Assembly (NCBI RefSeq): GCF_002111585.1
Contig: NZ_LUTP01000008.1
Coordinates: forward strand, 49,995 to 113,994
Source: Lonsdalea iberica
Lineage (GTDB): Bacteria; Pseudomonadota; Gammaproteobacteria; Enterobacterales; Enterobacteriaceae
DNA: 64,000 nt
Reading direction: 5' to 3'
In this document: in pieces, positions 12,966 through 24,131 of the stretch
Numbering within the stretch: position 1 is the stretch's first letter
Layout: each line of letters opens with the position of its first letter
The notes under the pieces: generated by a model
What the model saw: only the letters and a program-made list of their open reading frames with translations
What the model was told of the DNA's origin: nothing
Database searches by the model: none
Position numbers and translations under genes: made by a program

Positions 12966-13951
12966 TTGAGGTGATGAAAACCGGTCCGTTAAATACCGTT
13001 CAGGATCTTGGCCGCACCGGCTTTCGCCACATCGGCGTCTCGGTCAGCGGGGCGATGGATGCGCTGGCGCTGCGTGTCGGCAATCTCATGCTCGGCAATG
13101 ACGAAAATGCGGCCGGGATCGAAGTGCAGCTTTTTCCTTTCCGCGTGCGTTTCACCGATCATGGCGCCATCGCCCTGACCGGCGCCGATTGCCGCGCCGC
13201 TCTGGACGGCAAAGCGCTCCCGCCCTGGTGGGCCTGCGAGGTACTGGCCGGACAGGTGCTGGAGATGTCGTATCCCCGCCAGGGCGCCCGCGGTTATCTG
13301 TGCGTGGCGGGGGGGATTGATGTTCCCGTGGTCATGGGGTCGCGGAGCACCGCGCTGCGCGGCAACTTCGGCGGGTTGGACGGCCGACCGTTGATGCAGG
13401 GCGATCGCCTGCCGACGGGGGACGCCAGCCCATGTTCGCTGCCGCCGGGCGGCATTGGCGCCGTGCCGCCGTCGGTGGCTTTGGCCGATCTCTTTCCGGT
13501 CAGCCCGGAAGGCGTCATGCAACTACGGGCGATCCCCTCCGGCGAATTCGACCTATTTGCCCACGACGCCGCGCGGTTCTGGTCCCAGTCATGGACCATA
13601 TCCCGGCACAGCAATCGCACCGGCTATCGCCTGAGCGGCGAGCCGCTCGTCCCGTCCCGAACGGTGGAAATGCGCTCCTACGGGTTGATCCCCGGCATTG
13701 TGCAGGTGCCTCCGGCGGGAGAACCCATTATTCAGTTGAGCGACGCCAATACGGCGGGCGGCTATCCTAAAATTGCGGGCGTCATCGAAGACGACCTGTG
13801 GCGATTGGGTCAGGCGCAGGCGGGCGAACGCCTGCAATTGGTTGAAAGCGATGCCGCCGAGGCGATTGCCGTCAACCGCGCGGTGAATGCGTACTTGCTA
13901 GGCGTCTCCCGCTGCTGTCATCAGGTCGCTGCCGCGGCGCTGAACGGATAG
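12962..13951 (+). CDS. pxpC: 5-oxoprolinase subunit C (KipA/allophanate hydrolase subunit 2 family)
   Basis: 329 aa of the KipA family (MKTGPLNTVQDLGRTGFRHIGV...). Confidence 0.75.
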   Translation: MIEVMKTGPLNTVQDLGRTGFRHIGVSVSGAMDALALRVGNLMLGNDENAAGIEVQLFPFRVRFTDHGAIALTGADCRAALDGKALPPWWACEVLAGQVLEMSYPRQGARGYLCVAGGIDVPVVMGSRSTALRGNFGGLDGRPLMQGDRLPTGDASPCSLPPGGIGAVPPSVALADLFPVSPEGVMQLRAIPSGEFDLFAHDAARFWSQSWTISRHSNRTGYRLSGEPLVPSRTVEMRSYGLIPGIVQVPPAGEPIIQLSDANTAGGYPKIAGVIEDDLWRLGQAQAGERLQLVESDAAEAIAVNRAVNAYLLGVSRCCHQVAAAALNG

Positions 13952-14226
13952 ATCGCCGCCGTTCGGTTTTCCATGCCGCGAAGACGTCCATCAGGCTGCG
14001 GCATCATGGCTGGCTGTCGCTCCTTCTTTTCGATGACCGGCGCTCCCGGCTTCCGCGTCGTGTTCCCCCTAATGACTCCTTTTTGGCAACGCCGAGTCTG
14101 GCGGTATGACGTGCTGCTGAAAGGGATTCTATGGGCGTCGTATTCGGCTATGGCGTGTCCTGCGGGCATAAAAAAAACGGGGCGCAAATCGGCCCCGTCG
14201 ATCCATCGGCTTCGGTGGGGCGGCGT

Positions 14227-15429
14227 TTAGCGCATCCCTTCGCAAAAGGTTGCCAACCGGTCGCAGCCTTTTTGCAGTATCTCCCTACTGGTCGCGTAGG
14301 AGAGGCGGAAGAATGGACTCATGCCGTAGGCCGCGCCCTGTACCGTCACCACGTGGTGTTCTTCCATCAGCGCCATGACGAAGTCGGCGTCGTTGGCGAT
14401 GTAGCGGCCGCCCTGGGTGGTTTTGCCGATAAACGCGGCGATATTCACGTAGAGGTAAAAGGCGCCCTGAGGTTTGTGGCACAGCAGACCGTGAATGGAG
14501 GTCAGGCGTTCCAGCACATAGTCGCGCCGCTGGCGGTAAATCTCCGCGCGTTCTTTCAGCAGATCCTGCGGGCCGTCCAGCACCGCGACGGCGGCGGCCT
14601 GAGTGAGCGTGGTCACGCCGCCGGCGTTCTGCGTATTGACGTTGCTCATCGCTTTGATCAGATCGCTCGGTCCCCCGCAGAAACCCAGCCGCCAGCCGGT
14701 CATCGACCAGGCTTTGGAGACGCCGTTGACCGTCAGAACGCGATCTTGCAGGCGGGGTTCGACTTCCGCCATGGTGTAAAAGGTCACGTCGTCGTAAATC
14801 AAGTGCTCATAAATATCATCGCTCAGGATCCAGATGTCGGGATGTCGCAGCATGACGTCCGCGATGCCCTGCAAATCGGCCCGGCTGGCGACCGAACCGG
14901 TGGGGTTGCTGGGGTAGTTGAGCAGCAGCCATTTGGTTTTCGGGGTAATGGCAGCTTCGATGTCTTCCGGGTAAGGCTTGAAGTTATTTTCCTGCGGACA
15001 GGCGACGGGGACCGGAACGCCGCCGGCGAATTTCACAATATCGGCATAGCTGATCCACGACGGCGACGGCAGCAGCACTTCGTCGCCTGGATTGATCGTC
15101 GCCATAAAGGCGTTAAAGATAATCTGCTTGGCGCCGCCAGCGGTGATGATCTGACGGGTGTCGTAGTCCAGATGGTTGTCGCGCTTGAACTTGCGTTGAA
15201 TGGCCGCGCGCAGCGCCGGTGTCCCGTCGGTGGGCGGATAGCGGGTATCGCCCGCCAGCGCGGCGGCATAGGCGGCCTCCGTGGCATGCCGCGGCGTGGG
15301 GAAATCCGGTTCGCCGGTAGATAACCCAATAACGTGGATACCTTGTGCGGCGAGATCTCGCGCTTTCTGCGTCATAGCCACAGAAGCGGATACGGTGACA
15401 TTTTTTAGGCGATCGGCAATTTCAGGCAT
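14227..15429 (-). CDS. PLP-dependent aminotransferase, class I (aspartate aminotransferase family)
   Basis: 400 aa. Contains the SKAWSMTGWRLG region, where the active-site lysine context SKxxxMTGWRxG is found. Confidence 0.8.
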   Translation of the reverse strand: MPEIADRLKNVTVSASVAMTQKARDLAAQGIHVIGLSTGEPDFPTPRHATEAAYAAALAGDTRYPPTDGTPALRAAIQRKFKRDNHLDYDTRQIITAGGAKQIIFNAFMATINPGDEVLLPSPSWISYADIVKFAGGVPVPVACPQENNFKPYPEDIEAAITPKTKWLLLNYPSNPTGSVASRADLQGIADVMLRHPDIWILSDDIYEHLIYDDVTFYTMAEVEPRLQDRVLTVNGVSKAWSMTGWRLGFCGGPSDLIKAMSNVNTQNAGGVTTLTQAAAVAVLDGPQDLLKERAEIYRQRRDYVLERLTSIHGLLCHKPQGAFYLYVNIAAFIGKTTQGGRYIANDADFVMALMEEHHVVTVQGAAYGMSPFFRLSYATSREILQKGCDRLATFCEGMR

Positions 15430-15767
15430 GTGCGGGGATTCCAGTCAGTCAGGGGCGTCATGCCGGTGAGGCCTGCAACGGCAGGATCAGGCGAGCGGCA
15501 CGGTGCGAAAAGCAGGTCGATGGATGACCCAGGTTAGGAAGAGCATAAAAGTGAACTCGGCGCAGAGGCCAATAGCGCTTTGTTGTGGTGACATAACCTA
15601 ATGCAATGGTTGTGCGTGTCGGCGCAGCGTGAGGGGGCTGCCCTGCTTCACGGTGGTGCACATGGCGGGAAGAAGCGCGCAAGACAGGGCAAGCGAATAG
15701 GACCTAACCGGCTGAAATTCTTGTCTGTATCCCGCCTTTTTCATGGTCGTGCGCGTTGGCCCCAATC

Positions 15768-15792
15768 TTGCTTTGATCAAGGTCAAGATCCC
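15768..15792. promoter_or_regulatory. putative LysR-type operator in the divergent aminotransferase/lysR intergenic region
   Basis: Palindromic TTGATCAAGGTCAAGATC, with a T-N11-A-like arrangement, just upstream of the lysR start. Confidence 0.3.
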
Positions 15793-15809
15793 GCAGTGAG
15801 GAAGCCACG

Positions 15810-16733
15810 ATGAATCTCCGTCGACTCAAATACTTCATCAAAATCGTTGACGTGGGCAGCCTGACGCAGGCCGCCGATGTTCTTCATATCGCGCAACCCG
15901 CTCTCAGCCAGCAGTTGGCGACGCTGGAAGGCGAGGTCAATCAGCAGCTGTTAATCCGCACCAAGCGCGGTGTCACGCCGACCGAAGCGGGCAAAATTCT
16001 CTACACGCACGCACAGGCGATCCTGCGCCAGTGCGATCAGGCGCAAATCGCCATCGACGGCGCCGGGCTGACCCTTTCGGGCAGCGTGTCCGTCGGTCTG
16101 GCCCCGGGGACGGCCGCCCAGCAGCTGGCGCTGCCGCTGATGAAGGAAGTGCATCGGCAGCATCCCGGCATCGTGCTGTATTTCAACGAAAATTTCGGCA
16201 CTACGCTGAGTGAGCTCATTATGAACGGGCGTATGGATATGGCGGTGATTTACGGTAGCCGCGAAATCCACGGCCTACGCTTTATGCCGCTGATGAAGGA
16301 AGACCTCTATTTCGTTTGCCCTCACGTACTGGACGCGCCGAAAAGCACTATCTCGCTGGCTGACGTCGCGCGCTACGACCTGTTCCTGCCGCGCATTTAC
16401 AATACGATGCGCAAGGGGGTGGATGATGCGTTTGTTCAGGCGGGGATATCCTACAAGGTCAACTGTGAAATCGAGTCGCAAACCACGCTGAATGCCGCCG
16501 TGGGCGAAGGATTGGGCTGCACCATCATGCCGGAGTCCGCCGCGCGCGCCATGCTACAGGCCAGCAACGCCTGGATGGCGAAAATTGTCGATCCAAACAT
16601 TCAGGTCTCCCTGACGTTTTGCATGTCGGACCATCTGCCGCTCTCGCAGCCCGCGAAAGTCGTCAAAGACATCCTGTTATCGCTGATGGTGAAACGCACC
16701 ACGGACAACCGTCCGCTGGCGCTGGTGGGGTAA
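15810..16733 (+). CDS. LysR-family transcriptional regulator
   Basis: N-terminal HTH (MNLRRLKYFIKIVDVGSLTQAADVLHIAQPALSQQLATLE) and a LysR substrate-binding domain. Confidence 0.8.
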   Translation: MNLRRLKYFIKIVDVGSLTQAADVLHIAQPALSQQLATLEGEVNQQLLIRTKRGVTPTEAGKILYTHAQAILRQCDQAQIAIDGAGLTLSGSVSVGLAPGTAAQQLALPLMKEVHRQHPGIVLYFNENFGTTLSELIMNGRMDMAVIYGSREIHGLRFMPLMKEDLYFVCPHVLDAPKSTISLADVARYDLFLPRIYNTMRKGVDDAFVQAGISYKVNCEIESQTTLNAAVGEGLGCTIMPESAARAMLQASNAWMAKIVDPNIQVSLTFCMSDHLPLSQPAKVVKDILLSLMVKRTTDNRPLALVG

Positions 16734-16987
16734 TAAGTCTCCCTTATCGTCGCAAAGCGAAACCCTCTTACCGAATCAACCTGTCGCCACGGTAGAGTGC
16801 GGACATCCCCAGTACGCCGGGGCGACGGGCGGTTTCGGACGTCGGCGACAGGCGACGATTCCGGTCGTATTTGCATTTTTGCCTGCCAACGTCCTCCTTT
16901 CCTGTGTTGACCGCCAGTCTGTCCAGCGACCCACGGGAAGCGCCCGTCGCGTGGCGAAATGATGTCGGACGAGTTGACAGGATATTT

Positions 16988-17416
16988 ATGCAAAACAGCT
17001 CATTAGCACTCCGGGAGCTACGTGCGGTGGCTCACACGATGCGTCGCTCGGGGTTAACCCAGATAGAGATCGGGGGCAGCGATTACCATGTTCGCCTGAG
17101 GTTTGAACCGGCTTGCGGTGTCACGGCTGCGATGTCCGCTGGCGCGCGGGCAGACGAAGAGGGGCCGCAGACTGAGATTCTGCGAGCCTGCATGCCCGGC
17201 ACGGTCTGTTTGCACTATCCGGGACGCGAGGAGACGTTTGTTTCGCTCGGCGCCACAGTTCGGGAAGGCGCGCTGCTGGCGCTATTGAAAGTTGGGCTGG
17301 CCTACCTGCCGGTGCTGAGTCCGGCCGATGGCACGGTCACGTCGATGCCGGTCAGGCAAGGCGATGCGGTCGAGTATGACAGCGTCATCCTCACCCTGAG
17401 AAAAACAGAGGGCTAA
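16988..17416 (+). CDS. biotin/lipoyl-attachment-like small protein associated with pxp genes
   Basis: About 142 aa. C-terminal hybrid-barrel motif (VREGALLALLKVGLAYLPVLSPADGTVTSMPVRQGDAVEYDSVILTL) typical of BCCP-like partners of KipI/KipA. Its stop overlaps the pxpA start. Confidence 0.45.
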   Translation: MQNSSLALRELRAVAHTMRRSGLTQIEIGGSDYHVRLRFEPACGVTAAMSAGARADEEGPQTEILRACMPGTVCLHYPGREETFVSLGATVREGALLALLKVGLAYLPVLSPADGTVTSMPVRQGDAVEYDSVILTLRKTEG

Positions 17417-18216
17417 TGATGAAATCGATAGATTTGAATGCCGATATCGGCGAAGGCTTTGGTGACTATCAGATCGCGGATGACGCGGCGCTGATGCCGC
17501 TGATCACCTCGGCCAATGTCGCCTGTGGGTTTCACGCCGGCGACGCGGCGATCATGGCGAAAACCGTCGCACTGGCCAAACAACATCACGTCGATCTCGG
17601 CGCTCACGTCGGGTTTCCCGACCTGATGGGATTCGGCCGCCGTCGTATGCAGATCGACCCGGACACGCTGGCGCACTATGTCACCTATCAGCTCGGCGCC
17701 CTGTCGGCGTTCGCCCACGCGGCGCGTTACCCATTGACCCATATGAGCTTTCACGGCGCTCTCGGCAACATGGTATCGGAGGATGAAGCGCTGGCGGACG
17801 TCCTGCTCCGTGCGGTCAAAACCTTCGATCCGAACATAATTATCAGCACGATGGCGGGAAATGCGGTGGATCGCGTGGCGCGGCGCCTCGACTTACGCAT
17901 GGTGTGCGTTTTTCTGGCCGATCGCGCCTATGAAAGTAACGGACTGCTGGTCAGCCGCGCCAAGCCGGGCGCGGTCATACACGATACGGAACAGGTCAAG
18001 GCGAGGGTTCGCCGTTTGCTGACGGAAGGCACCATTGAGAGCATCGATGGCGACACGCTGACGCTCGATGTCTCCTCGATTCTGGTGCACGGCGATACGC
18101 CTGAGGCGATCGAGATGGTTAAAACGCTGCGCGCGACGATTGAAGAAACCGGCCTGCGTATTGCGCCGGTTTCAGAGCAAATTCGTCAGCAGAGCTGGGA
18201 GCAAACCTCGTTATAA
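17416..18216 (+). CDS. pxpA: 5-oxoprolinase subunit A (LamB/YcsF family)
   Basis: Begins MKSIDLNADIGEGFGDYQIADDAALMPLITSANVACGFHAGD, the LamB/YcsF signature. Confidence 0.8.
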   Translation: MMKSIDLNADIGEGFGDYQIADDAALMPLITSANVACGFHAGDAAIMAKTVALAKQHHVDLGAHVGFPDLMGFGRRRMQIDPDTLAHYVTYQLGALSAFAHAARYPLTHMSFHGALGNMVSEDEALADVLLRAVKTFDPNIIISTMAGNAVDRVARRLDLRMVCVFLADRAYESNGLLVSRAKPGAVIHDTEQVKARVRRLLTEGTIESIDGDTLTLDVSSILVHGDTPEAIEMVKTLRATIEETGLRIAPVSEQIRQQSWEQTSL

Positions 18217-18335
18217 GTCGTCCTTATCGCCTCACACCGTTTATGTCTTATGCTTGCTTGCCATGGCTAGTTAGAGTAGGAAAAAAGAGGGGGCACCGAA
18301 CACGGATGTCCTTTCATCTTACAAGGAGATTGAAA

Positions 18336-19088
18336 ATGCCATTTTCAGATTATAAAACTGCATTGGTGACTGGCGCATCAGCCGGTATTGGCGAAGCCAT
18401 TGTCGAACGCCTGTGTCAGGAAGGGCTGACGGTCCATGCGGTGGCGCGCCGCAAAGAGCAACTGGACGCGCTGGCGGCCCGCACCGGCTGTATCCCCCAT
18501 GCTATCGACGTCAGCGATACGGATGCGCTGACGCGCTTGTGCAGTGAAATTCAGGTCGATGTGCTGGTCAACAACGCCGGCGTTTCCCGGTCTGGCTCCA
18601 TTCTGGATGCCGATGAAGAGGTGATCGATACGTTAGTGGATGTCAATCTGCGAGCGGTGTTGCACCTCAGCCGCTTAGTGGTGCCAGGCATGAAGGCGCG
18701 AAACTGCGGGCACGTCATTAACGTCACTTCTATCGCTGCGGTCTATAACTTCAACGGCAACTCCATCTATCACGCCACCAAAGCGGGCGTGCATGCCCTG
18801 TCGCGTCAACTGCGATTGGATTGTTACGGCAAAATGGTTCGGGTAACTGAACTCTGCCCCGGCCGCGTCGCGACTGACATTATCGGTATTGCGATGGGCG
18901 ATATTGAAGATGCCCGTCGTCGCTACATTGATGGTTTCGATTTACCGACGCCGAAGGATATCGCGGATACCGTGGCATTCGTCCTTGCTGCGCCGGTCAA
19001 CGTTAACTTCGGTCATATTGAAATTACGCCGACCACACAGGTCATGGGCGGTTTGTCGACCATGCGGCCGGGCGATTCCATAGAGTAA
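18336..19088 (+). CDS. short-chain dehydrogenase/reductase
   Basis: AAGGAG lies 8 nt upstream of the ATG. TGASAGIGEA Rossmann motif and the YHATKAG catalytic Tyr-Lys motif. The ORF caller's longer start at 18243 is probably spurious. Confidence 0.75.
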   Translation: MPFSDYKTALVTGASAGIGEAIVERLCQEGLTVHAVARRKEQLDALAARTGCIPHAIDVSDTDALTRLCSEIQVDVLVNNAGVSRSGSILDADEEVIDTLVDVNLRAVLHLSRLVVPGMKARNCGHVINVTSIAAVYNFNGNSIYHATKAGVHALSRQLRLDCYGKMVRVTELCPGRVATDIIGIAMGDIEDARRRYIDGFDLPTPKDIADTVAFVLAAPVNVNFGHIEITPTTQVMGGLSTMRPGDSIE

Positions 19089-19124
19089 ATATCAGAACCA
19101 TCAGGCGCTGAGGGAGACCAAACG

Positions 19125-19820
19125 ATGACGCTCGATTTTTCCGCTGTTTTCACCGATCAATTTGGATCGATGCTCGGCGAGGGGGTCATCGTTACCCTGA
19201 AGCTAGCGCTGGGGTCCTGGTTGCTGGCTATGACGCTGGCGCTGCTGTTGGTCGTGGTCCGCCTGACGCATAAACGTACGGCGGTTTTCCTGGTGTCGGC
19301 CTACGTGTCTTACCACCGTAACGTGCCGACGCTGATTCAGCTGATGATGTGGTACTTCGCGATCCCCACGCTGCTGCCGGAGTCGGTGCAGATGTGGATC
19401 AACGACTTTAACGCGGAGTTCCTGTTCTCGATGTTTGCGCTGGGTCTGTGTCAGGCTGCCTATTTCTCCGAGGATATCCGCAGCGGGCTGCGGGCGATCC
19501 CGGATGGGCAAAACGAGGCGGCGCGCGCGCTGGGCATGAGTTACGGTCGCGCGATGCGGCTGGTTATCCTGCCGCAGGGGCTGCGTAACTCACTGCCGTC
19601 GTTAATCAATCACACCGTACTGCTGTTCAAGAACACCAGCCTGGCGATGGTCATCGGCGTCGCGGAGCTGACCTACGTCACTCGCGATATCGAAAACCAA
19701 ACGTTCCGTACCTTCGAGTCTTATCTGGTGGCCTCCGTCGGCTATTTGATCTTCTCTTTGCTGCTGATGGGCGCTGGCGCGTTGCTGGCTCGCCATTTCC
19801 AGCGCGTCTATGCGAGGTAA
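19125..19820 (+). CDS. amino acid ABC transporter permease
   Basis: 231 aa PAAT-family permease. Confidence 0.75.
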   Translation: MTLDFSAVFTDQFGSMLGEGVIVTLKLALGSWLLAMTLALLLVVVRLTHKRTAVFLVSAYVSYHRNVPTLIQLMMWYFAIPTLLPESVQMWINDFNAEFLFSMFALGLCQAAYFSEDIRSGLRAIPDGQNEAARALGMSYGRAMRLVILPQGLRNSLPSLINHTVLLFKNTSLAMVIGVAELTYVTRDIENQTFRTFESYLVASVGYLIFSLLLMGAGALLARHFQRVYAR

Positions 19821-20580
19821 TCCCGTGGCCGATATCTTCACGATTTTACACGACAACGGGATGCTGTTTCTGATGGGGCAGTATCCAAATGGCCCCCTTG
19901 GCGGCGTGCTGTGTACGTTATTGATCTCCGTGCTGGCGATGTTGTTCGCCTTCCCCGTAGGCATGCTGTTGGGCATGGCGCGCATTTCCCCTTTTCGCTG
20001 GTTACGCTGGCCGGCGGCTTGCTGGGTCTACGCGCTGCGCGGCATTCCGCTGCTCATGGTGGTGTTCTGGACCTACTTCTGCATCCCTTTGTTGATCGGC
20101 CATAACATTAGCGGCTTCGCGACGATGCTGTGCACGCTGGTGATTTACGAAAGCGCCTACATTGCCGAGATCATTCGCGGCGGCATTCAGGCGCTGCCGT
20201 CCGGGCAGTACGAAGCGTCGCGGGCTTTAGGCATGAGCTATGTCAAAACCTTCCGCATGGTGATCCTGCCGCAGGCGCTCTACAACACCTTGCCCAGTCT
20301 GGTGAGCCAACTGGTGTCCATCATCAAGGACAGCACGCTGGGCTATGTGATCAACGTGCCGGAGCTGACTTTTGCCGCCAATCAGGTCAACAATCAACTG
20401 CTGACCAAGCCGTTTCAGGTGTTCGCGATTGTCGCGCTGAGCTACTACGTGATCTGCTTCAGTCTGACCTGGCTGGCTAACCGGCTGGAGGCGCACGTGG
20501 CGCGCAAACGGCGTAATGAAAACCCCGCCGCCGCGCCGGCCGAAAAAACCGAATTATTGACCGAAACTCCGTCGCTATAA
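19810..20580 (+). CDS. amino acid ABC transporter permease, second subunit
   Basis: 256 aa PAAT-family permease. Overlaps the upstream gene. Confidence 0.75.
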   Translation: MRGNPVADIFTILHDNGMLFLMGQYPNGPLGGVLCTLLISVLAMLFAFPVGMLLGMARISPFRWLRWPAACWVYALRGIPLLMVVFWTYFCIPLLIGHNISGFATMLCTLVIYESAYIAEIIRGGIQALPSGQYEASRALGMSYVKTFRMVILPQALYNTLPSLVSQLVSIIKDSTLGYVINVPELTFAANQVNNQLLTKPFQVFAIVALSYYVICFSLTWLANRLEAHVARKRRNENPAAAPAEKTELLTETPSL

Positions 20581-20587
20581 GGAATGC

Positions 20588-21328
20588 ATGATGAGACCGA
20601 TGATTATGTTTAACCAGGTCAGCAAATGGTATGGCGATTATCAGGCGTTGACCGATTTGAATGCCGAGATCAAAAGCGGCGAGGTCGTGGTGGTTTGCGG
20701 ACCGTCGGGGTCCGGCAAGTCAACGCTGATTCGGACGGTCAACCGTTTGGAGCCGATAGAAAAAGGACAGATCCTGTTCGACGGTATCGATATCCACGGC
20801 ACCAGCACCCGGCTCAACCAACTGCGTACGCGCATTGGCTTTGTGTTCCAGAACTTCAACCTGTTCCCGCACGTCTCGGTGATGGACAACATCATGATGT
20901 CGCCGGTGAAAGTGCTGGGCGTCAAACGTTCGGAAGCGCGCAAGCATGCGGGCGAACTGCTGGAGCGCGTCGGGTTGGCGCACAAGGCGAGCGCCTATCC
21001 GGCGCAGCTTTCCGGCGGTCAGCAGCAGCGCGTGGCGATAGCCCGCGCGCTGGCGATGAAGCCGCCGGTGATGCTGTTCGACGAACCGACCTCGGCGCTG
21101 GACCCGGAGATGGTGGGGGAGGTGCTGAACGTCATGCGCGGGCTGGCGCAGGAAGGCATGACGATGATGTGCGTGACCCATGAGATGAATTTCGCCCGCG
21201 ACGTGGCGGACACCGTCTGGTTCATGGATCAGGGCCAGATTCTGGAAAAGGCCGCGCCTGAAAACTTCTTTCGATCGCCGCAGCACCCGCGCGCGCAGCG
21301 CTTTCTGAGCGATCTGCGCCAGCACTAA
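20588..21328 (+). CDS. amino acid ABC transporter ATP-binding protein (GlnQ/HisP-like)
   Basis: Walker [13 protein letters not shown] signature [15 protein letters not shown], Walker [12 protein letters not shown]. Confidence 0.85.
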   Translation: MMRPMIMFNQVSKWYGDYQALTDLNAEIKSGEVVVVCGPSGSGKSTLIRTVNRLEPIEKGQILFDGIDIHGTSTRLNQLRTRIGFVFQNFNLFPHVSVMDNIMMSPVKVLGVKRSEARKHAGELLERVGLAHKASAYPAQLSGGQQQRVAIARALAMKPPVMLFDEPTSALDPEMVGEVLNVMRGLAQEGMTMMCVTHEMNFARDVADTVWFMDQGQILEKAAPENFFRSPQHPRAQRFLSDLRQH

Positions 21329-21451
21329 GGCTTATCCACCGTGGCACTCTATCGCGCCGTCTCTGGTGAATACGACGGCGCGAGCCTGTTGCTTCTTCCT
21401 GTCCTTCGCTGTCCCGGTGGTGCCCCCGTCGCGCGGGTTTCGTCCGTTTCA

Positions 21452-22041
21452 CTACTGTTTTTGCGGCGAATCTTTCTGCATATCGTCCAGCGCCATATTT
21501 AACGCCAGCACGTTAACCGTCGCTTCGCCGATAAAGTCGGGACGCGACGGCTGCGTGTGCGCATGCACCAGACGCCGCACAGCGTCTTCCGGCAGATGAC
21601 GAGCGGACGCCACCCGAGGCACCTGCCATAGCGCGGCTTGGGGTGAAATGTGCGGGTCCAGACCGCTGGCGGAGGCGGTGACCAGCTCGACGGGAACCAT
21701 GCTGCTCGCCTGCGGATTGGCGGCGCGCAGGTCCGTCACGCGCTGTTTGAAATCCTGGTCCAGCGCCGGATTGCTCGCCGCCAGATTGCTGCCGGAAGAG
21801 GCCTGCGGGTTGTAAGGCGTGTCGGCGGTCGCCGACGGGCGGCCGTGGAAATAATCCGTCCGAGTAAAATGCTGGCCGATTAAGGCTGAACCGCGAAGCT
21901 GTCCGTCGCGTTCGATCAGCGACCGCCGGCGGTGTCTGGAAAGGCCAACAGAGATAACGACGTCGTCAACAGCGGATAGGCTGCGCCAGTGATGACGGCC
22001 AGCAGGACAAACAGAGAAATCGTAGGACGTATCAGGTTCAT
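21452..22041 (-). CDS. kdpC: potassium-transporting ATPase subunit KdpC, apparent 1-nt frameshift
   Basis: N-terminus [27 protein letters not shown] and C-terminus [26 protein letters not shown] both match KdpC. They lie in different frames and join near 21918-21925 (GGCGGTCGCTGA versus the expected GGCGGTTCGCTG). Confidence 0.75.
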
Positions 22042-22052
22042 ACTTTGGCTCC

Positions 22053-24119
22053 TCAGCCCAGACCCAGAACGATCAACAGCATATCGATCAGTTTGATGCC
22101 GATAAACGGCGCCGCGAGGCCGCCCGCGCCGTAAATCCACAGATTACGGCTCAGCAGCGACGCCGCCGACATCGGCCGGTAGCGAACGCCTTTGAGCGCC
22201 AGCGGGATCAGCAGCACGATAATCAGCGCGTTGAAAATCACCGCGGAAAGGATGGCCGAGTTCGGCGAGTGCAGATGCATCACGTTCAGGTTGTCGAGCT
22301 GAGGATAGGTTGCGGCAAACGCCGCGGGGATAATGGCGAAATACTTGGCCACATCGTTGGCGATGCTGAAGGTGGTCAGCGATCCCCGCGTCATCAGCAT
22401 CTGTTTACCGATGCGCACCACCTCCAGCAGCTTGGTGGGATTGGAGTCCAAATCCACCATATTGCCCGCTTCTTTGGCCGCCTGCGTCCCCGAGTTCATC
22501 GCCACCGCTACGTCTGCTTGCGCCAGCGCGGGCGCATCGTTGGTGCCGTCGCCGGTCATCGCCACCATGCGGCCTTCGGCTTGATACTGACGGATCAGGG
22601 CCAGCTTGGCTTCCGGCGTCGCTTCCGACAAAAAGTCATCGACCCCGGCCTCGGCGGCGATGGCGGCTGCCGTGAGCGGGTTATCGCCGGTGACCATTAC
22701 CGTTTTGATCCCCATCCGGCGCAGTTCGGCAAAGCGTTCCCTGATGCCGCCTTTGACGATGTCTTTCAGCGCCACCACCCCCATCACGGCGTTATCCTCC
22801 GCCACGATCAGCGGCGTTCCGCCAGAGCGCGCCACCGACTCCACCAGCGCATTGACCGCAGAGGGGAACTGTCCGCCCTGGCTTTCGACGTGACGGCGAA
22901 TAGCGTCGGCCGCGCCTTTACGCAACCGCGTCGAACCAATATTCACGCCGCTCATGCGGGTCTGCGCGGTAAAGGGAATGAACGTGGCGTTCAGGCTCTG
23001 CAGGTCGCGCTCGCGCAGCTTGAATCGCTGTTTGGCCAGCACCACAATGCTGCGGCCTTCCGGGGTTTCATCCGCCAGCGACGCCAGCTGAGCGGCGTTC
23101 GCCAGCGCCGCTTCCGTGATGCCGGGCGCAGGCAGAAACTGGCTGGCCTGCCGGTTGCCCAGCGTGATGGTGCCGGTTTTATCCAGCAGCAGCACATCGA
23201 CATCCCCCGCGGCTTCTACTGCGCGTCCGCTGGTGGCGATGACATTGGCGGCCAGCATCCGGCTCATCCCCGCAATCCCAATCGCCGACAGCAATGCGCC
23301 GATGGTGGTCGGGATCAGACAGACCAGTAGAGCCACCAGCACGATGACGCTGACCGGCGAGCCGCTCCAGGCTGAGAAGGGGTACAGCGTCGCGGTCGCC
23401 AGTAGGAAGACGATGGTCAGTGCGATCAGCAGGATAGAGAGCGCGATCTCATTGGGCGTTTTGCGGCGCGTGGCGCCTTCGACCATCGCGATCATGCGGT
23501 CCAGAAAAGTCTCGCCGGGGTTGACGCTGCACTGGATCACCAGCCAGTCGGAGAGGATGTGCGTTCCGCCCGTCACTGAGGCGAAATCGCCCCCGGCCTC
23601 GCGAATAACGGGCGCGGATTCGCCGGTGATCGCGCTTTCATCCACGGAGGCGCCGCCCGCCAGCACTTCGCCGTCGCAGGGGATAATGTCGCCAGCTTCC
23701 GCCAGCACCCAATCGCCTTTTCGCAGGCTGTCGGCTGCTACCTGTTGGTTCGGCGCGTCGTGTTTCGGCTCCGCCAGTTTTTTCGCCCAGCGGGTGCGTT
23801 TGATGCCTTTCAGGCTTTCGGCCTGCGCCTTGCTGCGCCCCTCGGCCAGCGCCTCGGCGTAGTTGGCGAACAGCACGGTAAACCACAACCACAGGCTGAT
23901 CGCCGCGGTGAACGTCAGTTCACCCGCCTGCCAACCCAGGCTTATGCCGACGGCCAGCAGCGTCGCCAGAATGCTGCCCAGGAACACGACGAACATCACC
24001 GGATTGCGGTATTGCATCCGAGGGTCGAGCTTCCTGAATGACTCGACCAGCGCGGCGCGCCACAGCGTGTTGCGCGGCTGGGAAAGCGAGTTATGTCCCA
24101 TAAAAGGTGTCTCCGGCAA
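22053..24119 (-). CDS. kdpB: potassium-transporting P-type ATPase catalytic subunit KdpB
   Basis: 688 aa. DKTGTIT phosphorylation motif and the [12 protein letters not shown] and [12 protein letters not shown] motifs. Confidence 0.9.
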   Translation of the reverse strand: MPETPFMGHNSLSQPRNTLWRAALVESFRKLDPRMQYRNPVMFVVFLGSILATLLAVGISLGWQAGELTFTAAISLWLWFTVLFANYAEALAEGRSKAQAESLKGIKRTRWAKKLAEPKHDAPNQQVAADSLRKGDWVLAEAGDIIPCDGEVLAGGASVDESAITGESAPVIREAGGDFASVTGGTHILSDWLVIQCSVNPGETFLDRMIAMVEGATRRKTPNEIALSILLIALTIVFLLATATLYPFSAWSGSPVSVIVLVALLVCLIPTTIGALLSAIGIAGMSRMLAANVIATSGRAVEAAGDVDVLLLDKTGTITLGNRQASQFLPAPGITEAALANAAQLASLADETPEGRSIVVLAKQRFKLRERDLQSLNATFIPFTAQTRMSGVNIGSTRLRKGAADAIRRHVESQGGQFPSAVNALVESVARSGGTPLIVAEDNAVMGVVALKDIVKGGIRERFAELRRMGIKTVMVTGDNPLTAAAIAAEAGVDDFLSEATPEAKLALIRQYQAEGRMVAMTGDGTNDAPALAQADVAVAMNSGTQAAKEAGNMVDLDSNPTKLLEVVRIGKQMLMTRGSLTTFSIANDVAKYFAIIPAAFAATYPQLDNLNVMHLHSPNSAILSAVIFNALIIVLLIPLALKGVRYRPMSAASLLSRNLWIYGAGGLAAPFIGIKLIDMLLIVLGLG

Positions 24120-24131
24120 TGAGTGATGCCA

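Noticed and set aside
14131-15324. 397-aa plus-strand ORF
   Set aside because: It lies antisense to a well-supported aminotransferase gene and is Arg/Gly/Ala-rich with no domain features. It is a GC-driven open frame.
21340-21450. Hairpin GCGCCGTC-N12-GACGGCGC between convergent glnQ-like and kdpC genes as a terminator
   Set aside because: No adjacent T-run exists on either strand, so it could not be called a rho-independent terminator with confidence.
22269-23330. 353-aa ORF and several 80-250-aa ORFs antisense to kdpB and kdpA
   Set aside because: They overlap highly conserved kdp coding sequence on the opposite strand and have low-complexity Arg/Gly-rich composition typical of spurious high-GC ORFs.
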